Assembly: GCA_964503145.1 (NCBI GenBank)
Contig: CAZCYV010000009.1
Coordinates: 47,874 to 111,873 of the forward strand
Direction: 5' to 3'
From: an uncultured Anaerolinea sp.
GTDB lineage: Bacteria > Chloroflexota > Anaerolineae > Anaerolineales > UBA4823
DNA: 64,000 bases
Part shown: positions 48,856-58,662 of the stretch, one piece after another
Position numbering within the stretch: the stretch's first letter is position 1
How the letters are laid out: each line of letters starts with the position of its first letter
The notes under the pieces: model-generated
Told to the model about the DNA's origin: nothing
Databases searched by the model: none
The model's input: only the letters and a program-made list of their open reading frames with translations
Made by a program: the position numbers and the translations under genes

Positions 48856-50594
48856 GAACCCTGCTGCGCCTGGGGCCTTTCCTGAGGCCTTACCGCTTGC
48901 AGGCTGTCCTGGCGCTGGGCGTCACCCTGGCGCTGGCCGGTCTGCTGTTGCTGGTGCCGGCGATCATCCGCCAGGTGATCGACGTGGGCCTGATGCAGGG
49001 GGATCGGCGTTTCCTGGCCGGGGCGGCGCTGGCGATCCTGGGCATCGGCGCGCTGCGCGCGGCGCTGATCTACGCCCAGCGTTATCTGGGCGAATGGCTC
49101 GCCAGCCACATCGGCTACGACCTGCGCAACCGGCTGTACGATCACATCCAGCATCTGCCCTTCAGCTTCCATGACCACACCCAAACCGGGCAGTTGATCA
49201 GCCGTTGCATCGAAGACGTGCGCGCCGTGGAGCGCTTCACCGGCTTCGGCCTGATCGAGTTGATCCGCCTGGGGCTGCTCATGCTGGGCATCATTGGCCT
49301 GCTCTTCTGGCAGTCGCCGCGCCTGGCGGCCATCGCCCTGCTGCCGATGATCCCGCTGGTGGGGATCACCACCGCCTTTGGCCGGCGCGTGGGCGATTAC
49401 TTCATGAAGGTGGACATCGCCCTGGGCGATCTATCATCGCAGGTGCAGGAAAACGTCACCGGCGTGCAGGTGGTGCGCGCTTTCGCCCGCGAGCCCTACG
49501 AGATCGACCGCTTCGCGGTCAAGAATCGCACCCTGTATAAGGCGCGGATCAAGGTGGTCAGCATCTTCTCGCGGGTGATGCCCACCACCCATTTCCTGGT
49601 GGCCAGCGGCACGATCCTGATCCTGTGGTTTGGCGGCAACATGGTGTTGCGCGGCGAGATGACCGTCGGCGAGATGGTAGCCTTCAACGGCTATCTGCTG
49701 CTGCTGGCGGCGCCGGCGCAGCAACTCACCTGGCTGGTCAACGCCGCCGGCGAAGCCGTCGCCGGACTGCAGCGCAGCTTCGAAATCCTGGATCTGCAGC
49801 CAGAGATCACCAGCCCGCCGGCGGCGATCGCTCTGCCCAACCTGCAAGGGCGGGTCGAGTTCGAGCACGTCAGCCTGCATTACCCCGACCAGACCATCCC
49901 CGCGCTGGAGGGGATCGACCTGTGCGTGGAGCCGAATCAGGTGGTCGCCTTGATCGGCCCCACCGGTTCGGGCAAGACCTCGCTGGTCAACCTGATCCCC
50001 CGCTTCTACGACCCCAGCCAGGGGGTGGTGCGGGTGGACGGGGTGGACGTGCGCCAGATGGACCTGATCGCCCTGCGCCGCCGCATCGGCATCGTGCTGC
50101 AAACCTCGCTGCTCTTCTCCACCACGATCGCCGAGAACATCGCCTACGGGCGGCCCGACGCTGCCCAGGAGGAGATCGAAGCCGCTGCCCGCGCCGCCCA
50201 GGCGCACGAGTTCATCACCCAGCTTCCCGACGGCTACCAGACCGTGGTCGGCGAGCGCGGCGTCACCCTCTCTGGCGGCCAGCGCCAGCGGGTGGCCATC
50301 GCCCGCGCCCTGCTGATGGACCCGCGCATCCTCATCCTGGACGACTCCACCTCCAGCGTGGACACCGAGACCGAGCGCCTGATCCAGCAGGCGCTGGAGA
50401 AGCTGATGGAAGGCCGCACCACTTTCGTCATCGCCCAGCGCCTGTCCACCGTGCGCCGCGCCGACCTGATCCTGGTGATGCAGGACGGGCGCATTGTGGA
50501 GCGCGGGACGCACCAGGAATTGCTGGCCCAGGGTGGGCTGTACCGCGAGATTTACGAGTTGCAGCTTCGGCAGCAGGAAAGGCTGGTCACCTAG
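48852..50594 (+). CDS. ABC exporter half-transporter (TMD-NBD), degenerate-site subunit
   Basis: Six-TM domain plus an NBD. Walker A GPTGSGKTS, signature LSGGQRQR, and Walker B ILILDD with Asp in place of the catalytic Glu. Confidence 0.88.
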   Translation: MRTLLRLGPFLRPYRLQAVLALGVTLALAGLLLLVPAIIRQVIDVGLMQGDRRFLAGAALAILGIGALRAALIYAQRYLGEWLASHIGYDLRNRLYDHIQHLPFSFHDHTQTGQLISRCIEDVRAVERFTGFGLIELIRLGLLMLGIIGLLFWQSPRLAAIALLPMIPLVGITTAFGRRVGDYFMKVDIALGDLSSQVQENVTGVQVVRAFAREPYEIDRFAVKNRTLYKARIKVVSIFSRVMPTTHFLVASGTILILWFGGNMVLRGEMTVGEMVAFNGYLLLLAAPAQQLTWLVNAAGEAVAGLQRSFEILDLQPEITSPPAAIALPNLQGRVEFEHVSLHYPDQTIPALEGIDLCVEPNQVVALIGPTGSGKTSLVNLIPRFYDPSQGVVRVDGVDVRQMDLIALRRRIGIVLQTSLLFSTTIAENIAYGRPDAAQEEIEAAARAAQAHEFITQLPDGYQTVVGERGVTLSGGQRQRVAIARALLMDPRILILDDSTSSVDTETERLIQQALEKLMEGRTTFVIAQRLSTVRRADLILVMQDGRIVERGTHQELLAQGGLYREIYELQLRQQERLVT

Positions 50595-50595
50595 C

Positions 50596-52392
50596 ATGGC
50601 GCAGGTTGCTCCACCCGTCGAAGAAACGCTGCTCAAAGGCTACGATCCGCAGGTCGTGCGCCGCCTGGCGGCTTACTTCCGCCCCTACACGGCGCAGTTG
50701 CTGGTCTCGCTGGTATTGATGATGTTTAACTCGGCTGCCGCCGTCGCCGGGCCGTACCTGGTGAAGATGGCCATCGACTCGGGCATCGACGCCGGCGACC
50801 CCGCAGCGTTGCGGCGCACCGTGCTGCTCTACCTGCTGGCGATCTGCGTGCAGTGGCTGTCGATCTTCCTGCGGGTCAACATCATGGTGCGCATGGGGCA
50901 GTCGATCATCTACGACCTGCGGGCGCAGCTTTTCGAGCATCTGCAATCGCTCTCGCTGAGCTTCTATAGCCGCTTCAGCGTCGGCCGGGTGATCACCCGG
51001 GTGATCAACGACGTCGGCGTGCTGCGCGAGTTCATCATCTGGGCCATGCTGGCCATCGCCCGCGATTTGTTCACCCTGATCGGCATCCTGATCGCCATGC
51101 TCAGCCTGAACCTGCGCCTGTCGCTGCTCACCTTCACCGTGCTGCCGGTGATGGCGCTGATCACCGTCGCCTTCCGCCGCCGCGCCCGCGAGAACTACCG
51201 CCGCGTGCGCCAGGCGATTAGCTGGGTGAACTCGGTGCTGGCGGAGAACATCAACGGGGTGCGCGTGGTGCAGGCTTTCTCACGCCAGGCGCACAACTAC
51301 GCCTATTTCCGCGACCAGGTGAACCGCAATAACCTGGACACCAACCTGCAGGCCGCTCGTGTGGCGGCCTCCTTCCCCGCGGCGATCGATTTCCTGGGCG
51401 CGGTGGCCGTCGCCCTGGTGATCTGGCTGGGTGGGCGGGCGGTCTTGGGCGGCGAGGCGGCCTCCGGCGGCGCCATCACCCCCGGCGTGCTGGTGGCCTT
51501 CGTGTTGTACATCGAGCGCTTCTTCGAGCCGATCCGCGACCTGAGCCAGCGCTACGACTCCTTCCAATCCACCATGGCCGGCGGCGAGCGCATCTTCGCC
51601 CTGCTGGACACCCCTGCCGAAGTCCAGGACGCCCCCGATGCGATCGAACTGCCGCCCATCCGCGGCGAGGTGCGCTTCGAGAACGTCTCTTTCCACTACA
51701 GCGACGACCCCACGCTGGTGCTGGATGGCATCAATCTGGTGGTCCCCGCCGGGACGACCGTGGCGCTGGTGGGCAAGACCGGCGCCGGCAAGTCCACCCT
51801 GGTCAAGCTGGTCAGCCGCTTCCACGACCCCACCCAGGGGCGCATCACCATCGACGGCTACGACCTGCGCCGGGTCACCCAGGCCAGCCTGCGGCGCCAG
51901 ATGGGCATCGTGCTGCAAGATCCCTTCCTGTTCTCCGGCACGGTGGCCGAGAACATCCGCTTCGGCCGCCTGGAGGCCAGCGACGCCGAGGTCGAAGCCG
52001 CCGCCCGGGCGGTGGGCGCGCATGATTTCATCGTGAAGCTGCGCCACGGCTACGATACGCCGGTGGAGGAGGGCGGCGTGGTGCTCTCGGTGGGGCAGCG
52101 CCAGCTCATCTCCTTCGCCCGCGCCCTGCTGGCCGACCCGCGCATCCTGATCCTCGACGAAGCCACTTCCAGCGTGGACACCCAGACCGAGCGCCTGATC
52201 CAGAAGGCGCTGGAGAAGCTGCTCAAAGGGCGCACCTCTTTCGTCATCGCCCACCGCCTGTCCACCGTGGTCAACGCCGACCGCATCGTGGTTATCGAAG
52301 ACGGGCGCATCGTCGAGCAGGGCGCGCACCCCGAACTGCTCGCCCTGGGCGGCGTCTATGCCCAGCTCTACCGCACCGGATTCGATGCCTGA
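50596..52392 (+). CDS. ABC exporter half-transporter (TMD-NBD), consensus-site subunit
   Basis: ATG 50596 lies 1 nt after the ABC-1 stop. Walker A GKTGAGKST and Walker B ILILDEATSSVD, with a deviant signature LSVGQRQL. Confidence 0.88.
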   Translation: MAQVAPPVEETLLKGYDPQVVRRLAAYFRPYTAQLLVSLVLMMFNSAAAVAGPYLVKMAIDSGIDAGDPAALRRTVLLYLLAICVQWLSIFLRVNIMVRMGQSIIYDLRAQLFEHLQSLSLSFYSRFSVGRVITRVINDVGVLREFIIWAMLAIARDLFTLIGILIAMLSLNLRLSLLTFTVLPVMALITVAFRRRARENYRRVRQAISWVNSVLAENINGVRVVQAFSRQAHNYAYFRDQVNRNNLDTNLQAARVAASFPAAIDFLGAVAVALVIWLGGRAVLGGEAASGGAITPGVLVAFVLYIERFFEPIRDLSQRYDSFQSTMAGGERIFALLDTPAEVQDAPDAIELPPIRGEVRFENVSFHYSDDPTLVLDGINLVVPAGTTVALVGKTGAGKSTLVKLVSRFHDPTQGRITIDGYDLRRVTQASLRRQMGIVLQDPFLFSGTVAENIRFGRLEASDAEVEAAARAVGAHDFIVKLRHGYDTPVEEGGVVLSVGQRQLISFARALLADPRILILDEATSSVDTQTERLIQKALEKLLKGRTSFVIAHRLSTVVNADRIVVIEDGRIVEQGAHPELLALGGVYAQLYRTGFDA

Positions 52393-52448
52393 ACATTTGC
52401 GCGCTGCCTGGTTGAAGGTATTGGTATAATGGGGGAGGGGAGATAGCG

Positions 52449-52685
52449 ATGCATGCAGCGACAAACGTAGCCACGGTTGACCGGCGTAAGTGCACACACA
52501 ACGTGACGATCCTGAGCGTGATAGGTCAGATTGCCGCTCGGTTTAAGCCTCAACGCATCATCCTGTTTGGCTGCTACGATCATAACCAGCCGCGTCCGGA
52601 AAGCAACGTCGATCTGCTGGTAGTCATGGACACGCCTACTCAAGGGAGGTGGCAGACTGCTACGAGGCAAAAGCTGCCTTTTTAA
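52449..52685 (+). pseudogene. short, probably truncated or degenerate MNT-type nucleotidyltransferase fragment
   Basis: The 78-aa ORF has IILFGCYDHNQPRPESNVDLLVVMD, where the canonical pattern is LFGSxARG...DxDLLVV. Only 17 aa follow the DxD strand. No HepT/HEPN partner lies next to it. Confidence 0.35.
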
Positions 52686-52776
52686 TTGGCTGTTGTTGTG
52701 CGGCGATTCACACCGCCGGAGCTTAGCGAATGTCCGGGATGATACTTAAGAGTACATGTTGGGTAAGACGCTCATC

Positions 52777-54573
52777 CTATTTCACGATCTCAATATCGCT
52801 GATGAAGAGTGAGCCGCTTGGCGACTGGTCAAACAACACTGCGACCTCCTGAATCGCAGACAGATCGACGCCGGTGAAATCACGCAGAAGCAACCGGATC
52901 GATGTCAACGGGACGCGACCGGTGAACAAACCGCCCTCAAAGGGTTCGTTATCCTGCAACTCGCCTTGCGGGAATTGCAGTGCAGGCTCCTTTTGCCTGG
53001 TCTGCACTGTCGCAGAGTTGCCTTGGTCATCCGTCAGGCGAACCGAAAACGCCTGAAAGCTGTCTGGATTATTGAGCGGTGAGAGCGGATCGACCGCAGC
53101 GCGCAGGCTCACAGCGGTGAACTGGTTCAGGTCGCCTGCCTGCGGCAGCGAAAAGCGCAACTCCCCACCTGCTTGCGACCAGGAGAGAACGAGCATCGCC
53201 GGATTGCCGGGAATGGTCAGGTTGACGCGTTTACACGGCTCGCTGCCCGGTTTCACCATCGGAGTGTAATAGCCTGCTTCACAATAGAAGGCTGTGACAG
53301 CAACGGCGCTCACACTTCCCCCGGCGAGGTTGGTTTCCAGCTCTTTATCGCTTGCCGGCAGCAGCAACGGCAGTCGGTTTGGTTTTGACGCCAGGGCGGC
53401 TACCCTGGAGGGCAAGCCGTATAACTCGCCCGGCGCCGGCGCGCTCAAATCCATTCCCAGCCGGGAGACTGCTGCGCCCTCCAACCCGGTATCCTGGCTG
53501 AAGATCGTCTCCAGGAAATCTAGCGCATAGCTGCTGAGGAAGTCGCGCTGCGTCTCTGGTTCGAGCAGCGGTTCGCAATCCGGTCGTTCTGGGCGCGCTG
53601 CGGCTTCATTGTGCAGGATCTCGTTGAAGGAATTATGGTTGGCATGTTCCAGCCAGATGGACGAAGCCCAAGCGTTCTGCTCTGGGTCGAGGCGGGTAAT
53701 CTCATAAAAGAGCTGACCTTCCTGAAGAAATACGTCGTCATCGCAAGCTGGCAAGATCACAGCCAACGGGAGACGTGCTCCGCCAGCTCCACCGATATTT
53801 GCCGACGGCGCAACCAGCAAAAGGCCAGATACCGGGCCATATCCATGTTTTGCATAGGCGTCCAGTGAGTCCAGCCTCGCATTTTGGATCAGCCAAAAAG
53901 CACCTTCGCCGCCCTGCGAGTGGCCGATAAAAGCCAGCCGGCTCAAATCGGTGCGACCTTTCAGCTCTACCCCAAAATTATTCAAGCCTCCGCTCGATGC
54001 CTCAGCCAGTGCCTTCAGATGCAGATCGACCAATTGATCCAGGCGTTCATTCGGAATCGGCTCGCCAAACCCAAGTGTGTACTCTGCATTGATATTGAGC
54101 GATAGCGCCACGTAGCCCTGATCGGCCAGCCTGCGCACTAGGTAATCGAAACCTCGATAATTGGGCTGTTCCACCTCGGGATCACACGGCCAGCGGTCCA
54201 GCATGTCTTCTTCTGTAAAAGGGCAGCCAAGATGGTTCCCGTGCAGGATGACGACCACCGGGTACGGAGCATCCTTTCCGCTTGGCACAGCGATCAGGCC
54301 ATTCAAGCGCACCGGCATGTTGTGGAAACGGCTGTCTTTCGGAAACAGCGACTGGGTTATCGTCGTCTCGCCCAAATTGTATTCCACCGCGACCGGCGGG
54401 CTTCTCGTCTCGATGGTCACAGCCGTGGGCGTCGGTTGGATGGTTTCGCGAAGCGGCGCAGCGAATGGCGTGGCGGTTGGCGCCTGGAGCGGGTTCACAG
54501 CCGCAGGTGAACAACTCCCCAGGATGAGCGCAAGGGCTACAAGGATGAGGGACTTTCTAATGAATTCGGGCAC
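52777..54573 (-). CDS. lipoprotein alpha/beta hydrolase (serine esterase/lipase type) with a C-terminal beta-sandwich (CBM-like) domain
   Basis: GGAGG sits 7 nt before GTG 54573. Lipobox LALILGSC and nucleophile elbow FIGHSQGGEGAF, with VVVILHGNH upstream. Confidence 0.65.
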   Translation of the reverse strand: MPEFIRKSLILVALALILGSCSPAAVNPLQAPTATPFAAPLRETIQPTPTAVTIETRSPPVAVEYNLGETTITQSLFPKDSRFHNMPVRLNGLIAVPSGKDAPYPVVVILHGNHLGCPFTEEDMLDRWPCDPEVEQPNYRGFDYLVRRLADQGYVALSLNINAEYTLGFGEPIPNERLDQLVDLHLKALAEASSGGLNNFGVELKGRTDLSRLAFIGHSQGGEGAFWLIQNARLDSLDAYAKHGYGPVSGLLLVAPSANIGGAGGARLPLAVILPACDDDVFLQEGQLFYEITRLDPEQNAWASSIWLEHANHNSFNEILHNEAAARPERPDCEPLLEPETQRDFLSSYALDFLETIFSQDTGLEGAAVSRLGMDLSAPAPGELYGLPSRVAALASKPNRLPLLLPASDKELETNLAGGSVSAVAVTAFYCEAGYYTPMVKPGSEPCKRVNLTIPGNPAMLVLSWSQAGGELRFSLPQAGDLNQFTAVSLRAAVDPLSPLNNPDSFQAFSVRLTDDQGNSATVQTRQKEPALQFPQGELQDNEPFEGGLFTGRVPLTSIRLLLRDFTGVDLSAIQEVAVLFDQSPSGSLFISDIEIVK

Positions 54574-54608
54574 CAATATCCTCCTGCGCGCAGCGGTCCG
54601 TAGTCGGA

Positions 54609-55334
54609 TTAACCTCCCAGCGGGATAGCGACCAGCGTCAGAGCCATCGCTACCGACATCAACAGCAAGCCGGTCTTCCACGGGTTTGCCCCGGTGTATC
54701 TTCCCCAATGGAATCCCGCGATGAAGAGCATCAGGAACGACGCGAGGATCGAGAGGCGAATGGCCAACTCGTAGTTGTGTCGCAGCGCCAAAAGTGGCAT
54801 GAACGAAGGGATCACGGCAACGACCGCCACCAGCACATGCCCCAACGCGCCGGTGAAATCCTCGCTCTTGAAGCCGATGCTGCGCGGCTGGCTGTCCCGC
54901 AGATGGACGAGAATGCTGCGATACAGCGCCTGGCGTTCGTTTTCGCCGGTAATCGGCTCGAGCAAGTAGTCCATGTCCCCGGCGATGACGTCCACCGCCT
55001 CTTGTTCTGTCCCGGCCGCCTGAATGTCTTTCAGCAGGCGATGTCTCTCGCCGCGCTCGAACAAGGAAAGCAGGGCGTACATGATCCCGTCGATGATGCC
55101 CCAGGCCAAAATTGCACCCAGCGCGCCTTTCAACAGCTCATCGACGATGTTGGAGGAGATGGGCTGTTCGAGCGTATCAGAAATCCAGAACAGTTTGAAG
55201 GCCAGTGTAAATGTCAGAAAGATCAGGATGCTGAATATCGTCTCGGACAGCCCATCGATTGGGTCGATCAGGCTTTCCAGGAAACTGTTTTTGGAGCTAA
55301 GCATGCGCCGCAGACGGAAAGTCTTCTCTTTCAT
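54609..55334 (-). CDS. five-TM membrane protein with VIT1/CCC1-like topology
   Basis: Two TMs, an approximately 70-aa acidic helical cytoplasmic insert, then three TMs. Its ATG overlaps the upstream stop (ATGA at 55331-55334). The family call is tentative. Confidence 0.45.
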   Translation of the reverse strand: MKEKTFRLRRMLSSKNSFLESLIDPIDGLSETIFSILIFLTFTLAFKLFWISDTLEQPISSNIVDELLKGALGAILAWGIIDGIMYALLSLFERGERHRLLKDIQAAGTEQEAVDVIAGDMDYLLEPITGENERQALYRSILVHLRDSQPRSIGFKSEDFTGALGHVLVAVVAVIPSFMPLLALRHNYELAIRLSILASFLMLFIAGFHWGRYTGANPWKTGLLLMSVAMALTLVAIPLGG

Positions 55335-57859
55335 CTGGCTTCGATCAAATAGAAGACCAGGCTGCCGCTTGGGGAGTTCAGGGTGATGGTGTTTTCCCGA
55401 ATCATCGCCACGTTCGCCTGTTGCAGCGCAGCCAAATATTCCTGCTCCTGCTCCATGATATCTTGGGGGCAACGGAGTCGGCCGCTGCGAAGTCGCCCGA
55501 TGGCAATCGTGTACGTGCCATCCTCATTTGCAGTGGCCGTGTAGTCTCCGTGATACGCATTGCAGCCTGCAAATCCGGCCAGCTCGCCCGCCTTGAATTG
55601 CAGCGTAATGGCCGTGCCGGGCGCCAGTGGCTGGGTGTTGATCGTCGATAGCGTCCAGACATCGGTTTCCAGGCGCGCATCTATCGTAATGCGGGTCGTG
55701 GCGTAGCTGCTCAGGCCGTCCGCATCGGTGACAAAAACGGCGACTTCGTAATCGCCGGCGCGATCGTAGATCGCCGAGATGCTGGAATCCGGCGAGGCCG
55801 GCAGATTCACGCCGTTGCCCAGGCTCCAGCTAAAGGAGACAATCGGGCTGCTCCCCGGCTGGGAGGCGGAAGCGTCGAACTCGACCGGCTCGCCGATGAA
55901 ACCCTGTCCCGGACCGGCTATGTTGGCTTGCGGCGGCAGCGAAGGGGGCGGCGGTTCCGGGGTCGCGGTCGGCTGCTCGGGCGTGGGTACGGGCGTGTAG
56001 GTCGGCTGCGGAGGCGGCGGTGGCGGCGGTGGCGTTGCGGTGGGCGGCGCGGCGGTGGGTGTGGGCAAGGGCAAGATATGGATCTGCCCGGCGTTCGATC
56101 CAGTTTGACCGCGCTGGTCGGTCACCGCCAGGCGAACGTTGTATGCGCCCGGGTTGCGGTAAGTGTGTTGGACGACGACCCCGCTGGCAGTCGTCCCGTC
56201 GCCGAAATCCCAGCTCCAGGAGACCAGCGGCGCCTGCCCGCTGGAGGCCGAGCCATCGAACACGACCACCTGGCCGACCTGCGCTTGGGGCATCATCTGG
56301 ATGACGGCCTGCGGCGGGGTGACCGCTTCGGAGCGATCCAACGGGTAGAGCGAGTAGTTCAGGAAGCCAGCATCGCCGGCAATCTGCAACGCGGTATCGG
56401 CCACAAAATAGCTGCGAGCGGAGCGCAGGATCGCAATCATCGCCGCTTCTTGTTGCTGTAAGGCGGGGTCAGGACAGGCGCCGGGGCCAAGATTGAGGTT
56501 GGTGATGCTGATCTGATTGAAGTTGGTTTGATAGTTGGCGCTCAGGTCTTTGCAGCCAGTATAACCGACCAAAGTGCCATTCGGATTGAACAGGGTGTGC
56601 GCTTCCTGAACGCCTGCGCTGCTGCGCGCATCGTTATAAGCCACCAGATACCAGTTACGCTCGATCAGCAGCGGGCGCTGATCAATCTGCGATTGCGTTG
56701 CCGTAGGCGCCAGCACGGTCGCTGTGCTGCTCGCTATCGGAGTCTCAGTGAGAGATGGGCCTCTTACAGCGTCGCCCAGCCACAAGGACCAGGTCGCGTA
56801 CAGGCATAGCAACGCCAGCACGACGATCCCAGAAACCAATGTCCAAGTTGGGATCAGCCCTCTGACGATCAAAGTCCCGTCGAGCGTTTGGGGTGGCTGA
56901 CCGGCGACCTGCACATTGACCGTGTAAGGATAGCCCTTTTCGCCTCCGAACAACGGACGGCGGGCGGGCCGGGCGCGATATTCCAGTTCCACGGCCTCAC
57001 CGCTCGGCGCATTGATCTGCTGAGGCTCGTTTGGCTCGAAGCGCAGCGAATCCTGCGGGCTGTCCCAGTTGACCCGGAAGGTCGTCGGAATATTCGAGAG
57101 ATTATGGATCCACACCTTCGCCGGCAGGTTTTGGTCTGGCTGGGCCGCTTCGAGGGCGCTCTCGAACGCAATGAACGCTGCGACGGTCAGCGTGCAGTCG
57201 ATGGTGATGGTTTGATCGGGGGCCTCCTGGCTGGCGACCAGGATGCGAAACGGATATCTGCCAGCGCGTGCGCTGGGGTCGCGCGGCGGCTGGACAATCA
57301 ACCGTGCGTCGCGTATTTCGCCTGGCTGCAACCTGATCATCGATTCGGGGGCGCTGACCCATCCCGACGGCGCGCCCTCGGCGGTCAGCCTGAGGGCATC
57401 TGCGGCGAAACCCTGGTTGATCAATACCACCGGGATTTCCAGCTTTTCGCCTGCCGTGACCGCGTATTGCACGCCATTCAGCAGGACGCCGATGCGCCCT
57501 TTGACTTCGAGACCTGCCACCGTCAGGGCGACCTGCGCCTGAGCGGTCTGGGAAGGGGCAATTGTGCTGGTCGCCTGAAGCTTCAGGGTGTATCGCCCGA
57601 TCTGAACGTTCGGCGGCATTGGCGGTCTGATCGTCAGCAGGATCTGTCGCTGCTCACCAGGTTGGAGCAATGCCACCGGCTGCTCTGTGGACACCCAGAC
57701 CAGCGGTATCCCTTCGATGCCGATTCTCAACTGGTCTGGCGTGCTGCCGCGATTAATGAGAGTCACAGGGATTTCCAATATCTCGCCTGGCGCGATGGAA
57801 TACTGGCTGGCGGGCGTGGTGAGCACAATCGTTTCTTGATCAGCGCTGTTCATATCCAA
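55331..57859 (-). CDS. large membrane-anchored protein: 3 CARDB/NEW3-like repeats, TM, META, 2 PKD, META
   Basis: 842 aa. PKD motifs WDFGDGT...HTY and FSWSLGNG. META-like NWYLVAY...GCKDLSANY and VWTLSTI...GCNAYHGDY. Internal TM IVVLALLCLYATWSLWL and a PT/poly-Pro linker. Confidence 0.7.
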   Translation of the reverse strand: MDMNSADQETIVLTTPASQYSIAPGEILEIPVTLINRGSTPDQLRIGIEGIPLVWVSTEQPVALLQPGEQRQILLTIRPPMPPNVQIGRYTLKLQATSTIAPSQTAQAQVALTVAGLEVKGRIGVLLNGVQYAVTAGEKLEIPVVLINQGFAADALRLTAEGAPSGWVSAPESMIRLQPGEIRDARLIVQPPRDPSARAGRYPFRILVASQEAPDQTITIDCTLTVAAFIAFESALEAAQPDQNLPAKVWIHNLSNIPTTFRVNWDSPQDSLRFEPNEPQQINAPSGEAVELEYRARPARRPLFGGEKGYPYTVNVQVAGQPPQTLDGTLIVRGLIPTWTLVSGIVVLALLCLYATWSLWLGDAVRGPSLTETPIASSTATVLAPTATQSQIDQRPLLIERNWYLVAYNDARSSAGVQEAHTLFNPNGTLVGYTGCKDLSANYQTNFNQISITNLNLGPGACPDPALQQQEAAMIAILRSARSYFVADTALQIAGDAGFLNYSLYPLDRSEAVTPPQAVIQMMPQAQVGQVVVFDGSASSGQAPLVSWSWDFGDGTTASGVVVQHTYRNPGAYNVRLAVTDQRGQTGSNAGQIHILPLPTPTAAPPTATPPPPPPPPQPTYTPVPTPEQPTATPEPPPPSLPPQANIAGPGQGFIGEPVEFDASASQPGSSPIVSFSWSLGNGVNLPASPDSSISAIYDRAGDYEVAVFVTDADGLSSYATTRITIDARLETDVWTLSTINTQPLAPGTAITLQFKAGELAGFAGCNAYHGDYTATANEDGTYTIAIGRLRSGRLRCPQDIMEQEQEYLAALQQANVAMIRENTITLNSPSGSLVFYLIEAR

Positions 57860-57906
57860 TTCTTCTCTTCTACTTCTGCACCTTTTCGGTTTTTAGCCGG
57901 GTGGAT

Positions 57907-57933
57907 AACAGGGCAGGTTTCAACTGCCCTGTT
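57907..57933 (-). terminator. hairpin downstream of the DUF1269-like gene
   Basis: AACAGGGCAG-gtttcaa-CTGCCCTGTT. Confidence 0.45.
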
Positions 57934-58023
57934 ACCCCTGCTGCTTCATCTTCCAGTGATCATCGCAGCGATCGAAGCATAGACCCTCGGTAAATCCCCG
58001 ATGACGAAGGAGCACCCCGGCGA

Positions 58024-58524
58024 TTACTCCTCAGCAAAGGCGGCCATAAGCTGCTCTTCCTGTTCCTTGGTCAGATTGGAGGCGATCAGCTCGAACTCGA
58101 AACCCTTGAGCTCGGCGAGCACCTTGTCCTGCACGGCGTCGGTGGTCATCAAGAACAGCGCCGAGGTGCCCTCGGTGACCTTTTCACGGGTTTGTTTGAT
58201 GAAATCATCGCTGATGCCGTAATCGGCCATCTTACCGCTCAGGGCGCCTATCGCCGCGCCTACAGCCAGGCCGAAAAAGGGCACGAAGAAGATCAGGCCG
58301 AAGAGCATGCCCCAGAAGGCGCCCTGCATGGCGCCCACCCCTGCCAGGTTGACCAGTTGCTTGGTCTTGGGTTTGCTCTTGCCGGCAGGCCAGGTGACGA
58401 TGGCGGCGTCCACGATCTTGATCAGCGCCATCTTCTGCAGGGATTGAATCTTTTCCAGCATCTGAGCAGCCCCCTCGGGGGTGTTGAACTTGAGTACAGT
58501 CAGTGTTGTCATTTCTCTCTCCAA
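58024..58524 (-). CDS. DUF1269-family membrane protein
   Basis: 166 aa with Gly-rich TMs GAMQGAFWGMLFGLIFFVPFFGLAVGAAIGALSG flanked by soluble halves, as in DUF1269. Confidence 0.6.
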   Translation of the reverse strand: MEREMTTLTVLKFNTPEGAAQMLEKIQSLQKMALIKIVDAAIVTWPAGKSKPKTKQLVNLAGVGAMQGAFWGMLFGLIFFVPFFGLAVGAAIGALSGKMADYGISDDFIKQTREKVTEGTSALFLMTTDAVQDKVLAELKGFEFELIASNLTKEQEEQLMAAFAEE

Positions 58525-58662
58525 ATAGTAAAGTTGATGTCATTAGTTGTGCCTGGTTGGTGCTCGTTACGCGATCATCCGTTCATCCGTTAAACCGATA
58601 CCTCCTTGCCTCACATAAACATCACCATGGCTACATACTCCCAAAGCGGCGCCAATTTTTAT

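Noticed and set aside
52449-52776. Functional MNT/HepT toxin-antitoxin pair
   Set aside because: The MNT-like ORF is short with degenerate catalytic motifs. The 90 nt downstream holds no HEPN (Rx4-6H) ORF, so at best this is a remnant.
55930-56070. GC-rich repetitive stretch (GGCGGCGG / CCGCC runs) that looked like a simple repeat or array
   Set aside because: It lies in frame within the 842-aa gene and encodes the poly-Pro/Thr linker (PPTATPPPPPPPPQPTYTPVPTP). It has no spacer-repeat architecture and is not a CRISPR array.
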